Virus record (IMG/VR): IMGVR_UViG_3300020152_000023
Coordinates: 1,631-65,630 of that record
DNA from: a virus
Taxonomy: Duplodnaviria; Caudoviricetes
Length of the DNA stretch: 64,000 nt
Strand: one strand, 5' to 3'
The notes under the pieces were generated by a model. The model made no database searches. It saw only the letters and a program-made list of their open reading frames with translations, and was not told the origin of the DNA. The first letter of the stretch is position 1. Each line of letters begins with the position of its first letter. The position numbers and the translations under genes were made by a program. Positions 25,706-35,507 of this stretch are shown here, piece by piece.

Positions 25706-28700
25706 TTACTGCGCTACTGACGCCACTCGGAAAGTCACCGAAACAACGCTGTAGGGAACATAACTAATATTCGTCAGCGTGTTCGGATCGTACGTACCCG
25801 GATAGCCGGGATTCGTAAGAGGGTCTGGCTCAATGATGATTTCGTCTTCATCGATCCAATCGACATCGGGCCATTCATGTTCGGGGAGAGTAGGCGGTTC
25901 TATCGGTTCGTCAAGCTCTTCTTCTTCGTCTTTCTCCCATTCGTCCTCACCTTCCTCTATAGTGGTAACCGTGTCGGGAGTTACAACCACGATCCCCTCG
26001 CAATCGTCCCGGAAGGCCACGGCGAGGATCACGCCCACATAATCCCAATCGATGGTGACCGGGTTGGGTGTGAGGACATTGCCCGGATCGTCATGAATGA
26101 AAAAGCTCATGGGCGGTGAACCGCCATGCGCTACCACCACGTCATTGCAGGCCGAGAAATCAGGAGGCCCGAACGACACAGGCTTGGTGTCTTGCGTATC
26201 GAACACATAGTTCACGCCGAACTCATGGAGCGTGATGACCGGATCGTTGGTGTCGAGGTGCTCGTGGGTAACGACAAACTCCGTTGAGAACGGCGAGAAC
26301 GCCATCAACGAATTGGTCATCTCGGCTTCCCAGACGTTGCCCCGGAATTCGAACTTGTCGAAAGAGATATCATAGATCAACCGACCTTGAACCGTGTCGC
26401 CCGGCGCGCCATCGGGGGCGATGACATGATAGGCCAGCACCTCTTCGTTCGGCGAGAACTGGAAATCCTTGATGATCGAATCTATCAAATGGATCGAATA
26501 GGACCGGAGATTGAACGTGTCGCCCGTCCGGTCGTACAGCTCAACGAACGCCGCCCGGAGGGTTTCCGTGTTGAGGTAGGCACTCGCCGAGTTCGGCCGC
26601 GTCGCTATCCCGATCCCGTTCGCCGTCTGATAGAGCACAATGCGTTCCGAGGCCGAGAGCTGATAGCCCCACAAATCCGTGATCGCATATTGAGGGGCGA
26701 ACCCGAGCGACGCGGGATATGTCGGGCTTGGCGAGAAACTTTCCGTGAAAGGATGGGATGCCCAATTTGACCCTCCGAAGTTGGCGATGGAATCGGTGTC
26801 GTTATAGCCGTCGGCCGGCTGCAATGCCGTGCCGGGGCCGGTGAACGTGTAGAGCGGCGAATAGCTCGGATACTCCACGAATTGGCTGTAGAGCCAATGA
26901 TTGAGATAGGAGCCGGTGTTCTGGAAAAACGTCAACGTTCCTTCAGTCCAGACGACGGCCGAGGACGACGCGGCCGCGCCAGTGTCGGACGGGATCGCGT
27001 AGGAAACCCAATCGGGGTTGTCCGCGTCGCCTTCATTGTGGAAGAGCCGGAGCCACTGGATCGCGGTATTGTTCTGCCAGACGACAGCCACCAGCTTTTC
27101 ATCCGGCGAGAGCTGGAGGTGGACGGGCGTTCCTGACATAGCCGGCGAGGGCGCTACGGTCTGGAAAAGCGAAAACGTGTTGGCCACGCTATCAAACTCG
27201 AAAACGTGCAAGAGGAAGCCGGAGCCGACATTGTTGCGCGTGATCATGAGAAGGAACGCGCCGTTGCCAGTCCACGTCGCCTTGCCCCACATTTGGTTAT
27301 AGCCCGACTGGTAGGGAAACGGGCTCGGCGCGATAGTCCACGTTCCCGAGATCAGCCGCACGAATTTCGGCGCAACACCCGAGCCGATGCCGCCATAGCC
27401 GTTGAAGACAAGAATGTCGTCTCGCGTCGGATGCCACAACGGAGCATGTTGCACGAGATTGGTGGCGTCGGTGTTGCTCATCGCGATATCCGCGCCCACC
27501 TGAGTCCATGCGCCCGTGCCGACGTTGCGCTGATAAATCCGGCACATGCCGGCGTTGGTTCCCGTCTGATTAAAGGTGAGGGCGCAGAACTGGCCGTCCC
27601 GCGAGATCGAGACACCCCGGCACGTCCCGGCCGGCACCGTGGGGGCCGTCGCCGAGGCCCACGCCGAGCCGTTCCAGTTGAATAGCGTGATCGCGTTCGC
27701 ACCTTGCTTGATCAACCAAAGGCCGTCGCGCGAGATGTCATAGCTGGCATTGTTGGTTGACCAGCCGGCCGGTGTCGTCGCGATAAACGAGCCGGTTACC
27801 GGATCGTAGGAATAGGTGGCGTTGGCGACGGCAATCCGATGGCCCGCAGCATCGCGCACGGGCTTTGGTGCGCCGCCGGTCAAAGCCGCGCCGGCCGTGA
27901 ACGGGGCCGCCGGGCCGGCCACCAAGACATCCGGGACAACGGAAATGCGCTCAAGGAACTCGGCTTTCGCCCCGCCGTCCGTATGCGTGTAGAAAGCCTG
28001 CGAGCCGTCGGCCTTGAACTTGATGTCGCTGACATCCCACGTCGTCGCGGTCGCATGGTTGCCGGTAGTGATCAACACCCAATTGCCGCCTTGTCGGGCG
28101 TAGAATTTGGGCATTCCCGTTCCCGAGGTGGCGCGGCCGTTGAGCGCCAGCACCGTCTCATCCGGGGAGTAATGCGCCTTGCGATCTGTCCCGGCCGATC
28201 CGGGCAAGGCGTAGGCCAGTGTGAATACACGACTACCTAGATCGAGATTATAGACATCCACGTCGCCGCCCGTATCGGCCACGATCCATTCCAGCTCATC
28301 GGATCGAACGGCGAGGAAAAGGCCGGCCGGGAGTGACGGCGGCGCGACAGGCGCATTGAGGTTCTGGATATCGAAGAGCTTGAATCCGAGGCCCGTCTTG
28401 ACGATGAGGAAATTATTGAGCGGGCTGATCTCCAGACCGAGGACGGCCGCGCCGATGGCGAGGGGGTCTACCAGTTCCCATTGCCCCTCGGGATCGTTCT
28501 CATCGCCGCCGCTCCACTGGTAGACTTGCACGTTTTGCGTATCGTTTTGCTTGACGGCATACATGAAGCGGCCGGCCTTCGAGAAGGCGGCATGCAGAAA
28601 GGATGTATTGGTGGGCCAGTCGGCATTCGGATAGGCGTTCGTTCGCGTGTAGACCGGGCCGGTGCGCTCGTAGAGCCGAGGCGGATTGGTTCCCGTGTTG

Positions 28701-28975
28701 CCAAACAAAATCCAGCGGTCGTTCCAGTGAATGACGCGGATGCCGTCGGTAGGCACGTTCTCCGTCGGGTTGCCGATTGCCGGCAATTCTTCGATCCGGA
28801 TGTCGGTGTGCATCGCGAGCTTGGTCAAGCTCCGGGCCGCCTTGAGCTTCTTCGGCGTCGCGGCGAGCTTCGGATAGAGCTTGAGCGGCGTGCCGGGCTC
28901 GCCGGGCATCGTCCGTTCCTTGAGCTTGAGAAACGGCGAATTGAATAGCGGTTCGGCGATGAGCGTGGCCGGCAT
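25706..28975 (-). CDS. Large tail-associated protein with beta-propeller (WD40-like) repeats
   Basis: Repeated FSKAG/ISPLN/YSPDE/ISRDG/LSPDE/FSPNE blade turns; tail module position. Confidence 0.7.
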   Translation of the reverse strand: MPATLIAEPLFNSPFLKLKERTMPGEPGTPLKLYPKLAATPKKLKAARSLTKLAMHTDIRIEELPAIGNPTENVPTDGIRVIHWNDRWILFGNTGTNPPRLYERTGPVYTRTNAYPNADWPTNTSFLHAAFSKAGRFMYAVKQNDTQNVQVYQWSGGDENDPEGQWELVDPLAIGAAVLGLEISPLNNFLIVKTGLGFKLFDIQNLNAPVAPPSLPAGLFLAVRSDELEWIVADTGGDVDVYNLDLGSRVFTLAYALPGSAGTDRKAHYSPDETVLALNGRATSGTGMPKFYARQGGNWVLITTGNHATATTWDVSDIKFKADGSQAFYTHTDGGAKAEFLERISVVPDVLVAGPAAPFTAGAALTGGAPKPVRDAAGHRIAVANATYSYDPVTGSFIATTPAGWSTNNASYDISRDGLWLIKQGANAITLFNWNGSAWASATAPTVPAGTCRGVSISRDGQFCALTFNQTGTNAGMCRIYQRNVGTGAWTQVGADIAMSNTDATNLVQHAPLWHPTRDDILVFNGYGGIGSGVAPKFVRLISGTWTIAPSPFPYQSGYNQMWGKATWTGNGAFLLMITRNNVGSGFLLHVFEFDSVANTFSLFQTVAPSPAMSGTPVHLQLSPDEKLVAVVWQNNTAIQWLRLFHNEGDADNPDWVSYAIPSDTGAAASSSAVVWTEGTLTFFQNTGSYLNHWLYSQFVEYPSYSPLYTFTGPGTALQPADGYNDTDSIANFGGSNWASHPFTESFSPSPTYPASLGFAPQYAITDLWGYQLSASERIVLYQTANGIGIATRPNSASAYLNTETLRAAFVELYDRTGDTFNLRSYSIHLIDSIIKDFQFSPNEEVLAYHVIAPDGAPGDTVQGRLIYDISFDKFEFRGNVWEAEMTNSLMAFSPFSTEFVVTHEHLDTNDPVITLHEFGVNYVFDTQDTKPVSFGPPDFSACNDVVVAHGGSPPMSFFIHDDPGNVLTPNPVTIDWDYVGVILAVAFRDDCEGIVVVTPDTVTTIEEGEDEWEKDEEEELDEPIEPPTLPEHEWPDVDWIDEDEIIIEPDPLTNPGYPGTYDPNTLTNISYVPYSVVSVTFRVASVAQ

Positions 28976-29769
28976 TACATGAGTTCCCCAACGATAGACA
29001 CGGTGACACCCTTATAGATTTTCCCGACGAACGGCGAGACGGGGGGCGCTCGAAGGGCGAGCACGTCGCCCGTGTTGAACTCGACCGGAAGGCCGCTGAT
29101 CGCCCGCACACCGCTCGAATGCTCCGACTGGTAGGCGTATCCGACTTGCACGCCATTCTTCAGGATGGCGAGCTGGCCGAACTGAGTCCAGCCGCGCACT
29201 CGGCCGCTGTAGCAGTCGGCATGTAGGCGGAACGGTTCCTTGACGGTGTGCGCGGCGACGATCCGATCAGCGCGCGTCTCGGAAATGAAGATCGAGATTT
29301 CGATCTCATCCACATATTCCTGAAACATCGCAAGGCCTTGCCAGCCACCATCCCCGCCGCCCGTCGGTTGATGGAAGCCGACCAATTGCCGATCTGCCAA
29401 TATGGGGATCATGACGCCGGGCCACGGCTTGAGGTTACGCCATGAGGGGAGGGAGGGCCATAGATGGTAAACCGAATGCAGCATCCTTATCTCAGTCGGT
29501 TCCACATTATGATCCGGCTCGATGAGAAAAATCCGATAATCGGGGGAGTACCAAGGATAGTTCGGCCCAAACCAACGATTCATCGCGTAGTCGGCCATCC
29601 ACCAATCGAACCACTCCATGGAGTTGTTCATGTCCTGATCCCACATTTGCTCGCCCTTGCGCCAGAACGCACGGATGATTCCGTCCATCCCGGCGAGCGG
29701 CCGTGAGTGATCCGGGTAGGCTACCGCGTTGAGCTGGTGATAGTCGCGATCCGGATAGTAGTAGGGCAT
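28975..29769 (-). CDS. Minor tail/fibre protein (probable paralogue of the upstream gene)
   Basis: Similar size and C-terminal beta domain (F..GDVL...AP....GVTVSI.G). Confidence 0.6.
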   Translation of the reverse strand: MPYYYPDRDYHQLNAVAYPDHSRPLAGMDGIIRAFWRKGEQMWDQDMNNSMEWFDWWMADYAMNRWFGPNYPWYSPDYRIFLIEPDHNVEPTEIRMLHSVYHLWPSLPSWRNLKPWPGVMIPILADRQLVGFHQPTGGGDGGWQGLAMFQEYVDEIEISIFISETRADRIVAAHTVKEPFRLHADCYSGRVRGWTQFGQLAILKNGVQVGYAYQSEHSSGVRAISGLPVEFNTGDVLALRAPPVSPFVGKIYKGVTVSIVGELM

Positions 29770-30509
29770 TAGTCAATGCTCCTGATTTTTCCGCAGATCG
29801 TAACGTTGAGCCCTTCCATGCCGTGGAGATTGGCCGGCGAACTCACCTGAAAGACATGCGCCTTTTCGTATTCGTTTTCCTCTACGGTGGGCAGGCAAAC
29901 CACTTCGTCGGGAATATTCACACTTCCATCCAACGAACCGGCGTCAAACGTAATCGAGCCCACCACTGGCCCGCGCGCCCGAATGGTGAAACTCACGGGT
30001 TGCGTCGGCGCGATTTCGCAATACGCCCCGGAGCCCGGCGCGCCGGCTTCGATCACCCACTCTTGCGTGGCGACGTAGGAAAACAACGTAGAATTGGGCC
30101 GGATGAGATACGGATTATACCAAGAGAATTCGCGAGGAATGGCCCGGTGAGTCTTGTTCGGATCGAACAAGAGTTGCCATTCGTTCATCTGGTTGTAGAA
30201 ATACCATTTGTCCTCATCGGCGACATACATTTTCAAGCCGAGGACAGTGGTGATTATATACCATTGCGCGGGGATAATATCATCCCCGTCATTGAACTCT
30301 TCCACCCACACATAGATATTTCCGTTGGACGGGTGGATATATACATCGTTCTCTTCGCCCGTGGCCGGCGGAACGGTAGTCTTGCTCAAGGCTGCGCCGT
30401 GGGTGACGACGGCCATGCGAATAAGATTCCAGTTCATGAGCGTGCCCCAATTATGGGAGCGCTTAGAAAACTGTCTGGCCGTGCCGGCCCGGCCAATATT
30501 CAGCACCAT
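29769..30509 (-). CDS. Minor tail/fibre protein, DUF2793-like
   Basis: WGTLMNWNL..., TVPP...ENDVYI, W......G...YVADE..WY.Y; start set to MVLNIG after SD GGAG. Confidence 0.65.
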   Translation of the reverse strand: MVLNIGRAGTARQFSKRSHNWGTLMNWNLIRMAVVTHGAALSKTTVPPATGEENDVYIHPSNGNIYVWVEEFNDGDDIIPAQWYIITTVLGLKMYVADEDKWYFYNQMNEWQLLFDPNKTHRAIPREFSWYNPYLIRPNSTLFSYVATQEWVIEAGAPGSGAYCEIAPTQPVSFTIRARGPVVGSITFDAGSLDGSVNIPDEVVCLPTVEENEYEKAHVFQVSSPANLHGMEGLNVTICGKIRSID

Positions 30510-30510
30510 G

Positions 30511-32988
30511 CTAATTCTCCACTTCGATAGAGGCCGTTGGCAGATATCCTTCCAAATCAACATCTTCGATTTGCGTCAAGATCGAGCCGTGCGGCCAGCC
30601 GCCCCAATAGTAATCCCAATCCGAACCGTAGCCCTTCATGTAGAGCTTGAGGTTGATCACCATGCCCTGAAGCGACGTGATCCCGTCTGGATAGTCAGGA
30701 TGGGGCCGACGCGAAATGAATTGGAAATTCATATCGGTGTACTGGAACGTCTTCTCCATGAGCTTGAGCGTGTAGGACGTGCCGGTCAATCCGACAACCC
30801 GGTCAATCTCGGTCCTTCCGAGCATGATGATAATCTCGGTTGTCTGGCCGTCTTCGGGCGGTACGTCCGCGTCGTTCCATGCAAGCCATGTCAGGTCTTC
30901 CGAGAACCGATTCCGGCGAGCCCATGTAAAATCGATCTCCCACTCGCGCGGCACATGTTCCAAGGCGAATATGTCATACTCGGCCTCCGGGTCGATTTTT
31001 TGACGTTGATCGGACGTGCCGAAGCGAACGCCTGCAATCTGGCAGTCGGCCGGCCGAAACGGCATATATGGCCGGTCTACTCGATTGGTTATCACTTCCT
31101 CGGTGAGCGCCGTATCGCCGGTAGACATCTTGAATTTGAACTTATAGCGCTCATCCTCGAAGGCGAACCGGCCGCTCCAGTCGTAGCCGTTGTAGTTGTT
31201 CGCATGGATGATGATGCGGGTGTTCGCCGGCCACTCCCACGGAATGGTATCGATCACGCCGCGCCGGATACGCCAGCGCGGGTTGCCGTCCTCATCGGGC
31301 TCCAGCTTCTCTTCGAAAACGAATAGCTCATCGGTGTGCTCATCCTCGCCGAGGAACATGCCGAGCCAACCCACCTTTGGCCAGTCTCCGGGACCAACAT
31401 AAGGGTCCATGGTGATGTTGGATCGGATCGCCTGTCCGATGCCTTCCACGAGCGCCGTATGGCCTTGCGTGCGCTTCTCGCCGAGAGATGTCCATACGGG
31501 CTCGCCGAGCGTGTTTACGCTGGGGCGATAGGGCTCGTAATATTGGAGGTCGAATTGCTCATCGGTGGGCAGGACATAGGTGTTGATCGCAATCGTCGGC
31601 CACTTGTCATCTGCCACCGAGAAAGGATCGTTGCCGATCTGCGGCGCGCGGCGATGGATGAGCGGGAGCGGCGTGGCCCGGAAGAGATATTCGATATCCT
31701 CGTAGATCGGATTATCCGGCTCGACAGGCGGTTCCCATTCGGTGTCGTCGGGCGGCACCCAAACGGCATAGGGGAAGCCGAACACGTCTTCGATGCAGTT
31801 GAACGTGACCTTGGCGTCACCAACCGAGCCCCAATCAACTTCCATGAGTCGGAAGATGACCTGAGACGCGCCGTAGAGCGGGTAGTTGAGAATGAAGACA
31901 TCGCCGGGCACATAGGGCCGGCCGGTCATCGGGTTGATTTGCTGGCGATTGATTTCGATGTCGGCCGTGGCGAGCGGCGAGGCGGCGAGTCGAAGTTCAC
32001 GCGCGCAAACATCGGTCGCCAGCGGCCGATTGCGAATGCCCCGGAGATCGCGCGTCTCCGACACCACGTCGCCCTGCATGGCGATGTTCGCCAAGTCTTG
32101 GAACGTGATGGACTCCTGCTCTTCGTTGAGCGGATTGGTGTAGTTGAGAACGATTTCGTTGGTCGTCTCACCCCACAACGGGCGGCGGAACGTCTTGACC
32201 TTGCACGTATCCGGCCCGATCTGGCCGAGTAGATCGCGCTCGTAATCCTTGCGGAGAAGCTTCAGGACAAGCTTGCCGGTGAAAGGGTTGAAGAAAAGCA
32301 AGCCGTTGATATGATTGAGAATTTCCTGAATGAAATCCTCGATCGGTGATGTTGCGGTCCATAGCAGGGAGAGCCCAAACTTTTCATCGTTGAGCCAATC
32401 GGCCGCGTAATTGAACGAGTCCACGTCGATCATGCCGGGGCGGCCGTTCATCATGTCCTTATGCACGAGGCATTCGTAGATGATATTGGCCGGGTTGCTA
32501 TCGTGCCAATTGCGGCCTTGATCGTCCTCGAAGACGATGACCTTGTGGTTATTGTCGAGCTGCTCGGATTTGCGCTGGAGGCGCATTTCGAAGTTAGGAA
32601 CTTGCGGGTTATTGCAGCTCACCGCGAAGCCCTTAGCCCCGCTATCGTCATTGCCGCAAAGGAAGAAAGACACGATCCCCCGGAAGCCGGGCATGCGATT
32701 GACCGGCCGGCCGCACCGCTTGGCGAGCGCTTCCGGCGCTTCCTGATCGCCGCCGCCGTTCATGAAATACATGTCGCCGACTAGACCGCCTTCCCGGAGG
32801 TGGCCGCCATAGAGATCGGGGCGATTGATCGATTCCTTGGCGCTCGTAAAGTGATTGAAATTGTCCTCGAAGACATGCTTGTCTTTGCACTTCGCGCCGC
32901 GCCATGCGTCCACCGGCCCCCGGCAATAGCTCAAGTGCATGGAGATATAATATTCGACGTATGGCGTGCCGGCCGGCTTTTTACCCAT
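30511..32988 (-). CDS. Tail tip/baseplate hub protein (Phage-tail_3 / GTA-like)
   Basis: YY.SMHL..C.GPVD, LYGG...EGG..G, NPANIIYECL, FI.EIL.HI.G.L, IRRG..DT.P..W; position after the BR0599-type gene. Confidence 0.85.
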   Translation of the reverse strand: MGKKPAGTPYVEYYISMHLSYCRGPVDAWRGAKCKDKHVFEDNFNHFTSAKESINRPDLYGGHLREGGLVGDMYFMNGGGDQEAPEALAKRCGRPVNRMPGFRGIVSFFLCGNDDSGAKGFAVSCNNPQVPNFEMRLQRKSEQLDNNHKVIVFEDDQGRNWHDSNPANIIYECLVHKDMMNGRPGMIDVDSFNYAADWLNDEKFGLSLLWTATSPIEDFIQEILNHINGLLFFNPFTGKLVLKLLRKDYERDLLGQIGPDTCKVKTFRRPLWGETTNEIVLNYTNPLNEEQESITFQDLANIAMQGDVVSETRDLRGIRNRPLATDVCARELRLAASPLATADIEINRQQINPMTGRPYVPGDVFILNYPLYGASQVIFRLMEVDWGSVGDAKVTFNCIEDVFGFPYAVWVPPDDTEWEPPVEPDNPIYEDIEYLFRATPLPLIHRRAPQIGNDPFSVADDKWPTIAINTYVLPTDEQFDLQYYEPYRPSVNTLGEPVWTSLGEKRTQGHTALVEGIGQAIRSNITMDPYVGPGDWPKVGWLGMFLGEDEHTDELFVFEEKLEPDEDGNPRWRIRRGVIDTIPWEWPANTRIIIHANNYNGYDWSGRFAFEDERYKFKFKMSTGDTALTEEVITNRVDRPYMPFRPADCQIAGVRFGTSDQRQKIDPEAEYDIFALEHVPREWEIDFTWARRNRFSEDLTWLAWNDADVPPEDGQTTEIIIMLGRTEIDRVVGLTGTSYTLKLMEKTFQYTDMNFQFISRRPHPDYPDGITSLQGMVINLKLYMKGYGSDWDYYWGGWPHGSILTQIEDVDLEGYLPTASIEVEN

Positions 32989-33184
32989 CGCGTTGCTCCC
33001 GCAGCTTCCTCACTCGCGCGACCAACTGCGGATGCACTTTCATCGCTACGTCGATGGGCATGCCTGTCCGTAGATATTGACGCCAGCCCGGCAACCGATC
33101 CTCCAGCCACTTGCGTTGACCGCGTGCGCAGTATCCGGCGTCGCGGGCCTCGGCCATGGTGATCGGCGGTTCGGTCTTCTTCAC
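32981..33184 (-). CDS. Tail assembly chaperone (GYC..G.R.W family)
   Basis: GYCARGQRKW...W..YL..G.P; conserved position. Confidence 0.7.
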   Translation of the reverse strand: MKKTEPPITMAEARDAGYCARGQRKWLEDRLPGWRQYLRTGMPIDVAMKVHPQLVARVRKLREQRDG

Positions 33185-33411
33185 TTCTTTTCCCCGGAAT
33201 CGTCTTCCAGATTCTTGTATTGCTTATCCCAATGGCCGATGAAATTCGGCGACTTGAGCCACATATCCCCGAAGAGCCACGGAATTTCCCGGCTCGTGGC
33301 CGTGGGGTTTTCCATTTCGGTGATCTCTTGCTTTTCTTCCGGCGGCTGCGGCATGAGCATATAGCCGAGGATCATGAGCGCGAGGCCGAGAACCAATTGC
33401 ACGAGGAACAT
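33181..33411 (-). CDS. Small tail assembly protein
   Basis: N-terminal hydrophobic segment, PTA...EIP.LFG....KSPN. Confidence 0.75.
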   Translation of the reverse strand: MFLVQLVLGLALMILGYMLMPQPPEEKQEITEMENPTATSREIPWLFGDMWLKSPNFIGHWDKQYKNLEDDSGEKK

Positions 33412-33417
33412 GAGCGG

Positions 33418-34251
33418 TCACCAGAAATTGTGATGTCGGACAGGATTGGTTAGCGGTATCCACGGTTGCCCGCCGAAGTTCTTGATGTTGTCGAAAACTT
33501 CCTCGCAATCCGTCATGCGCCGATTGCATCCCAAGATCAACTCGACTGTCTGGCCCGGCTCGATCCCCCGGAGCTGGCCGATGAAAACCACGCGGTCATC
33601 CTGCACTTGCCGGATCGAACGATACTCAATGCCGTATGGCGACTCCCATCGGAGCATGCCTGTCTTGAATTGATCCTTCTGGAAGGGTTGGTTCCAGCCG
33701 TTCGCGAAGACGGGAACGCCGTCGATCACGGCGAGCACTTCAGCTTCTACCGTAAAGTCTTCCCGTTCGGCGTTGCACTGGCCAACACCCTTGCTGTAGA
33801 GCACGAGCGGGCATCCGATCTGCCAGCGGCGGCGCACGCCGAGCCGCTTGAGAGAGATCAACAGGCTCTCGCATGTCAACACCACGTCGCCCGCTTCGCT
33901 GAATGCGTTGGACAGGACGCGGCCCATCCAGACCACCATGGGCAAGCCGCCCTCGAAGTGCCCGGCCCAAATGGTCACATACACCTCATAGGGCGGCGGG
34001 TAGGGCAGGATCATTTGCGCGATGCTCGACTCCGTCGGCAACGTGATATTCATCTGATCGCGCTCGGCCTTGCCGGATGTCTTGTAGGCGTCCCGGCGGA
34101 TGGGGGTGGGCACGAAATCGGGAAAGCCCGGCACTTCTTCTTCGGTGTTGGCGTACTTGTAGGAATCCTCCGGGCGCGGCCCATAGACGAACTCGTACAG
34201 CTCGTAGGGCGCGCCGAGGTCTTTCGATGTCTCGATATCGAGAAACGTCAT
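33418..34251 (-). CDS. Tail hub protein DUF2163/BR0599 family
   Basis: P.ELYEF, C...LY.....C, GC......C...F.N..NFGG.PWIP..NP. Confidence 0.88.
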   Translation of the reverse strand: MTFLDIETSKDLGAPYELYEFVYGPRPEDSYKYANTEEEVPGFPDFVPTPIRRDAYKTSGKAERDQMNITLPTESSIAQMILPYPPPYEVYVTIWAGHFEGGLPMVVWMGRVLSNAFSEAGDVVLTCESLLISLKRLGVRRRWQIGCPLVLYSKGVGQCNAEREDFTVEAEVLAVIDGVPVFANGWNQPFQKDQFKTGMLRWESPYGIEYRSIRQVQDDRVVFIGQLRGIEPGQTVELILGCNRRMTDCEEVFDNIKNFGGQPWIPLTNPVRHHNFW

Positions 34252-35507
34252 AGCTCGAAGTTCTCCAGCGTCTTCATGGCCAGCGTGAATGTCGCAACGC
34301 TATCCGTCATGAACTGCACGTCAAGACGATCCTGCGCAAAACGCGACACAAGCAACCAAGAAATGCCGGTGACCGTCTGCGGTGTCAACTCCACCACGGG
34401 CAAGGGCTCGATGACGCGCACGACGGACGAGTCTGTATCCGGGAGCGATTCTACATACTCCACTTGGTGGTAGCTAACCGAACCGTCGGTGTAGCGAACC
34501 ATGATCCGGCGGAACACGGTGGAGTCCTGATAGACATGGCCGAACGCCCGGCCCTCCACAAGGATCGACAGGCCGCCGCCTGCGAGCGTTGTGAACGGGA
34601 TGTCATCTTGCCACGTTGGCATGAAGAATTCGCTTCGTTGGCCCTTGTGGCGCTGAAAGAAGGCCATAACCTCGTAGGTGTCCCGAAGCGTCTTGCGCGC
34701 ATATTCGAACTTGTAAATCCGGGAAGGGAATTCCACGGGCGTCCAATTGCTCCATTGCCCGTACCCATAGTCGATCACGTTGTGCGGCCAAAGGAAATCC
34801 GTGCCGACGCCGCCGGCCCAATTGGGCTTGAACGGGAAGAGTTCAAGGTTGCCCACATAGTAGGGCTCGCCGATATCTGCCACCGGCATGATCCCGCCCG
34901 TCGGCTTGAGCGGAACGGAGAAGGTCGCCGTGCCGGCGCGCGTCGAGAGCTGCATGCTCGGCTGCTCTTCGTTGATATAGCCCGGATGCGCCGGCATGAT
35001 CCGGGAGTCGACCGGGAAGCCGCGATCACTGGTTTCCTGAAACGTCATGCTGGCCGCGCCGACGGACGCGATAGTGCGGCTTTCCCGGATCGCCTTGTCG
35101 GCTCCGTTCACGATGATGACGGGCATTCCGGCCTCAAACCAGAATGGCGGATCAACGCCAACCGGCTGGAAGGAAACACCTGTAGCCTCGGGAGCCATGG
35201 CGGCCGTGGTACGCACCGCCAGATGCTCCATGCCGAACATGATGTCCTCTTTCTGCCACCCCGTCATGAGAAGCTGAAGATTGAGCTTCTCGCGCTTCCA
35301 GACGTTTCCCGCGTACTCGGCAACAAGGCGCGGCCGATTGCGCACGGCGCGGCGCTGCTCTTTACCGTTGACCGACGTAATGATGTCGGTGCGAAACTCC
35401 ATGCTGTATTTGAAGGGCTCCATCCAATTGTGCGCCACGGGAAAGATGCGGAAGCTATCCGTATCGCGAGGCACTTCCGTTTGGACGACGGTTCCGATGA
35501 TGGGCAT
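34248..35507 (-). CDS. Distal tail protein
   Basis: EF.TDII.S..G.EQRRA.R..PR; F..RHKGQ..EF.MPTW; R.AQDRL; follows the tape measure gene. Confidence 0.75.
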   Translation of the reverse strand: MPIIGTVVQTEVPRDTDSFRIFPVAHNWMEPFKYSMEFRTDIITSVNGKEQRRAVRNRPRLVAEYAGNVWKREKLNLQLLMTGWQKEDIMFGMEHLAVRTTAAMAPEATGVSFQPVGVDPPFWFEAGMPVIIVNGADKAIRESRTIASVGAASMTFQETSDRGFPVDSRIMPAHPGYINEEQPSMQLSTRAGTATFSVPLKPTGGIMPVADIGEPYYVGNLELFPFKPNWAGGVGTDFLWPHNVIDYGYGQWSNWTPVEFPSRIYKFEYARKTLRDTYEVMAFFQRHKGQRSEFFMPTWQDDIPFTTLAGGGLSILVEGRAFGHVYQDSTVFRRIMVRYTDGSVSYHQVEYVESLPDTDSSVVRVIEPLPVVELTPQTVTGISWLLVSRFAQDRLDVQFMTDSVATFTLAMKTLENFEL

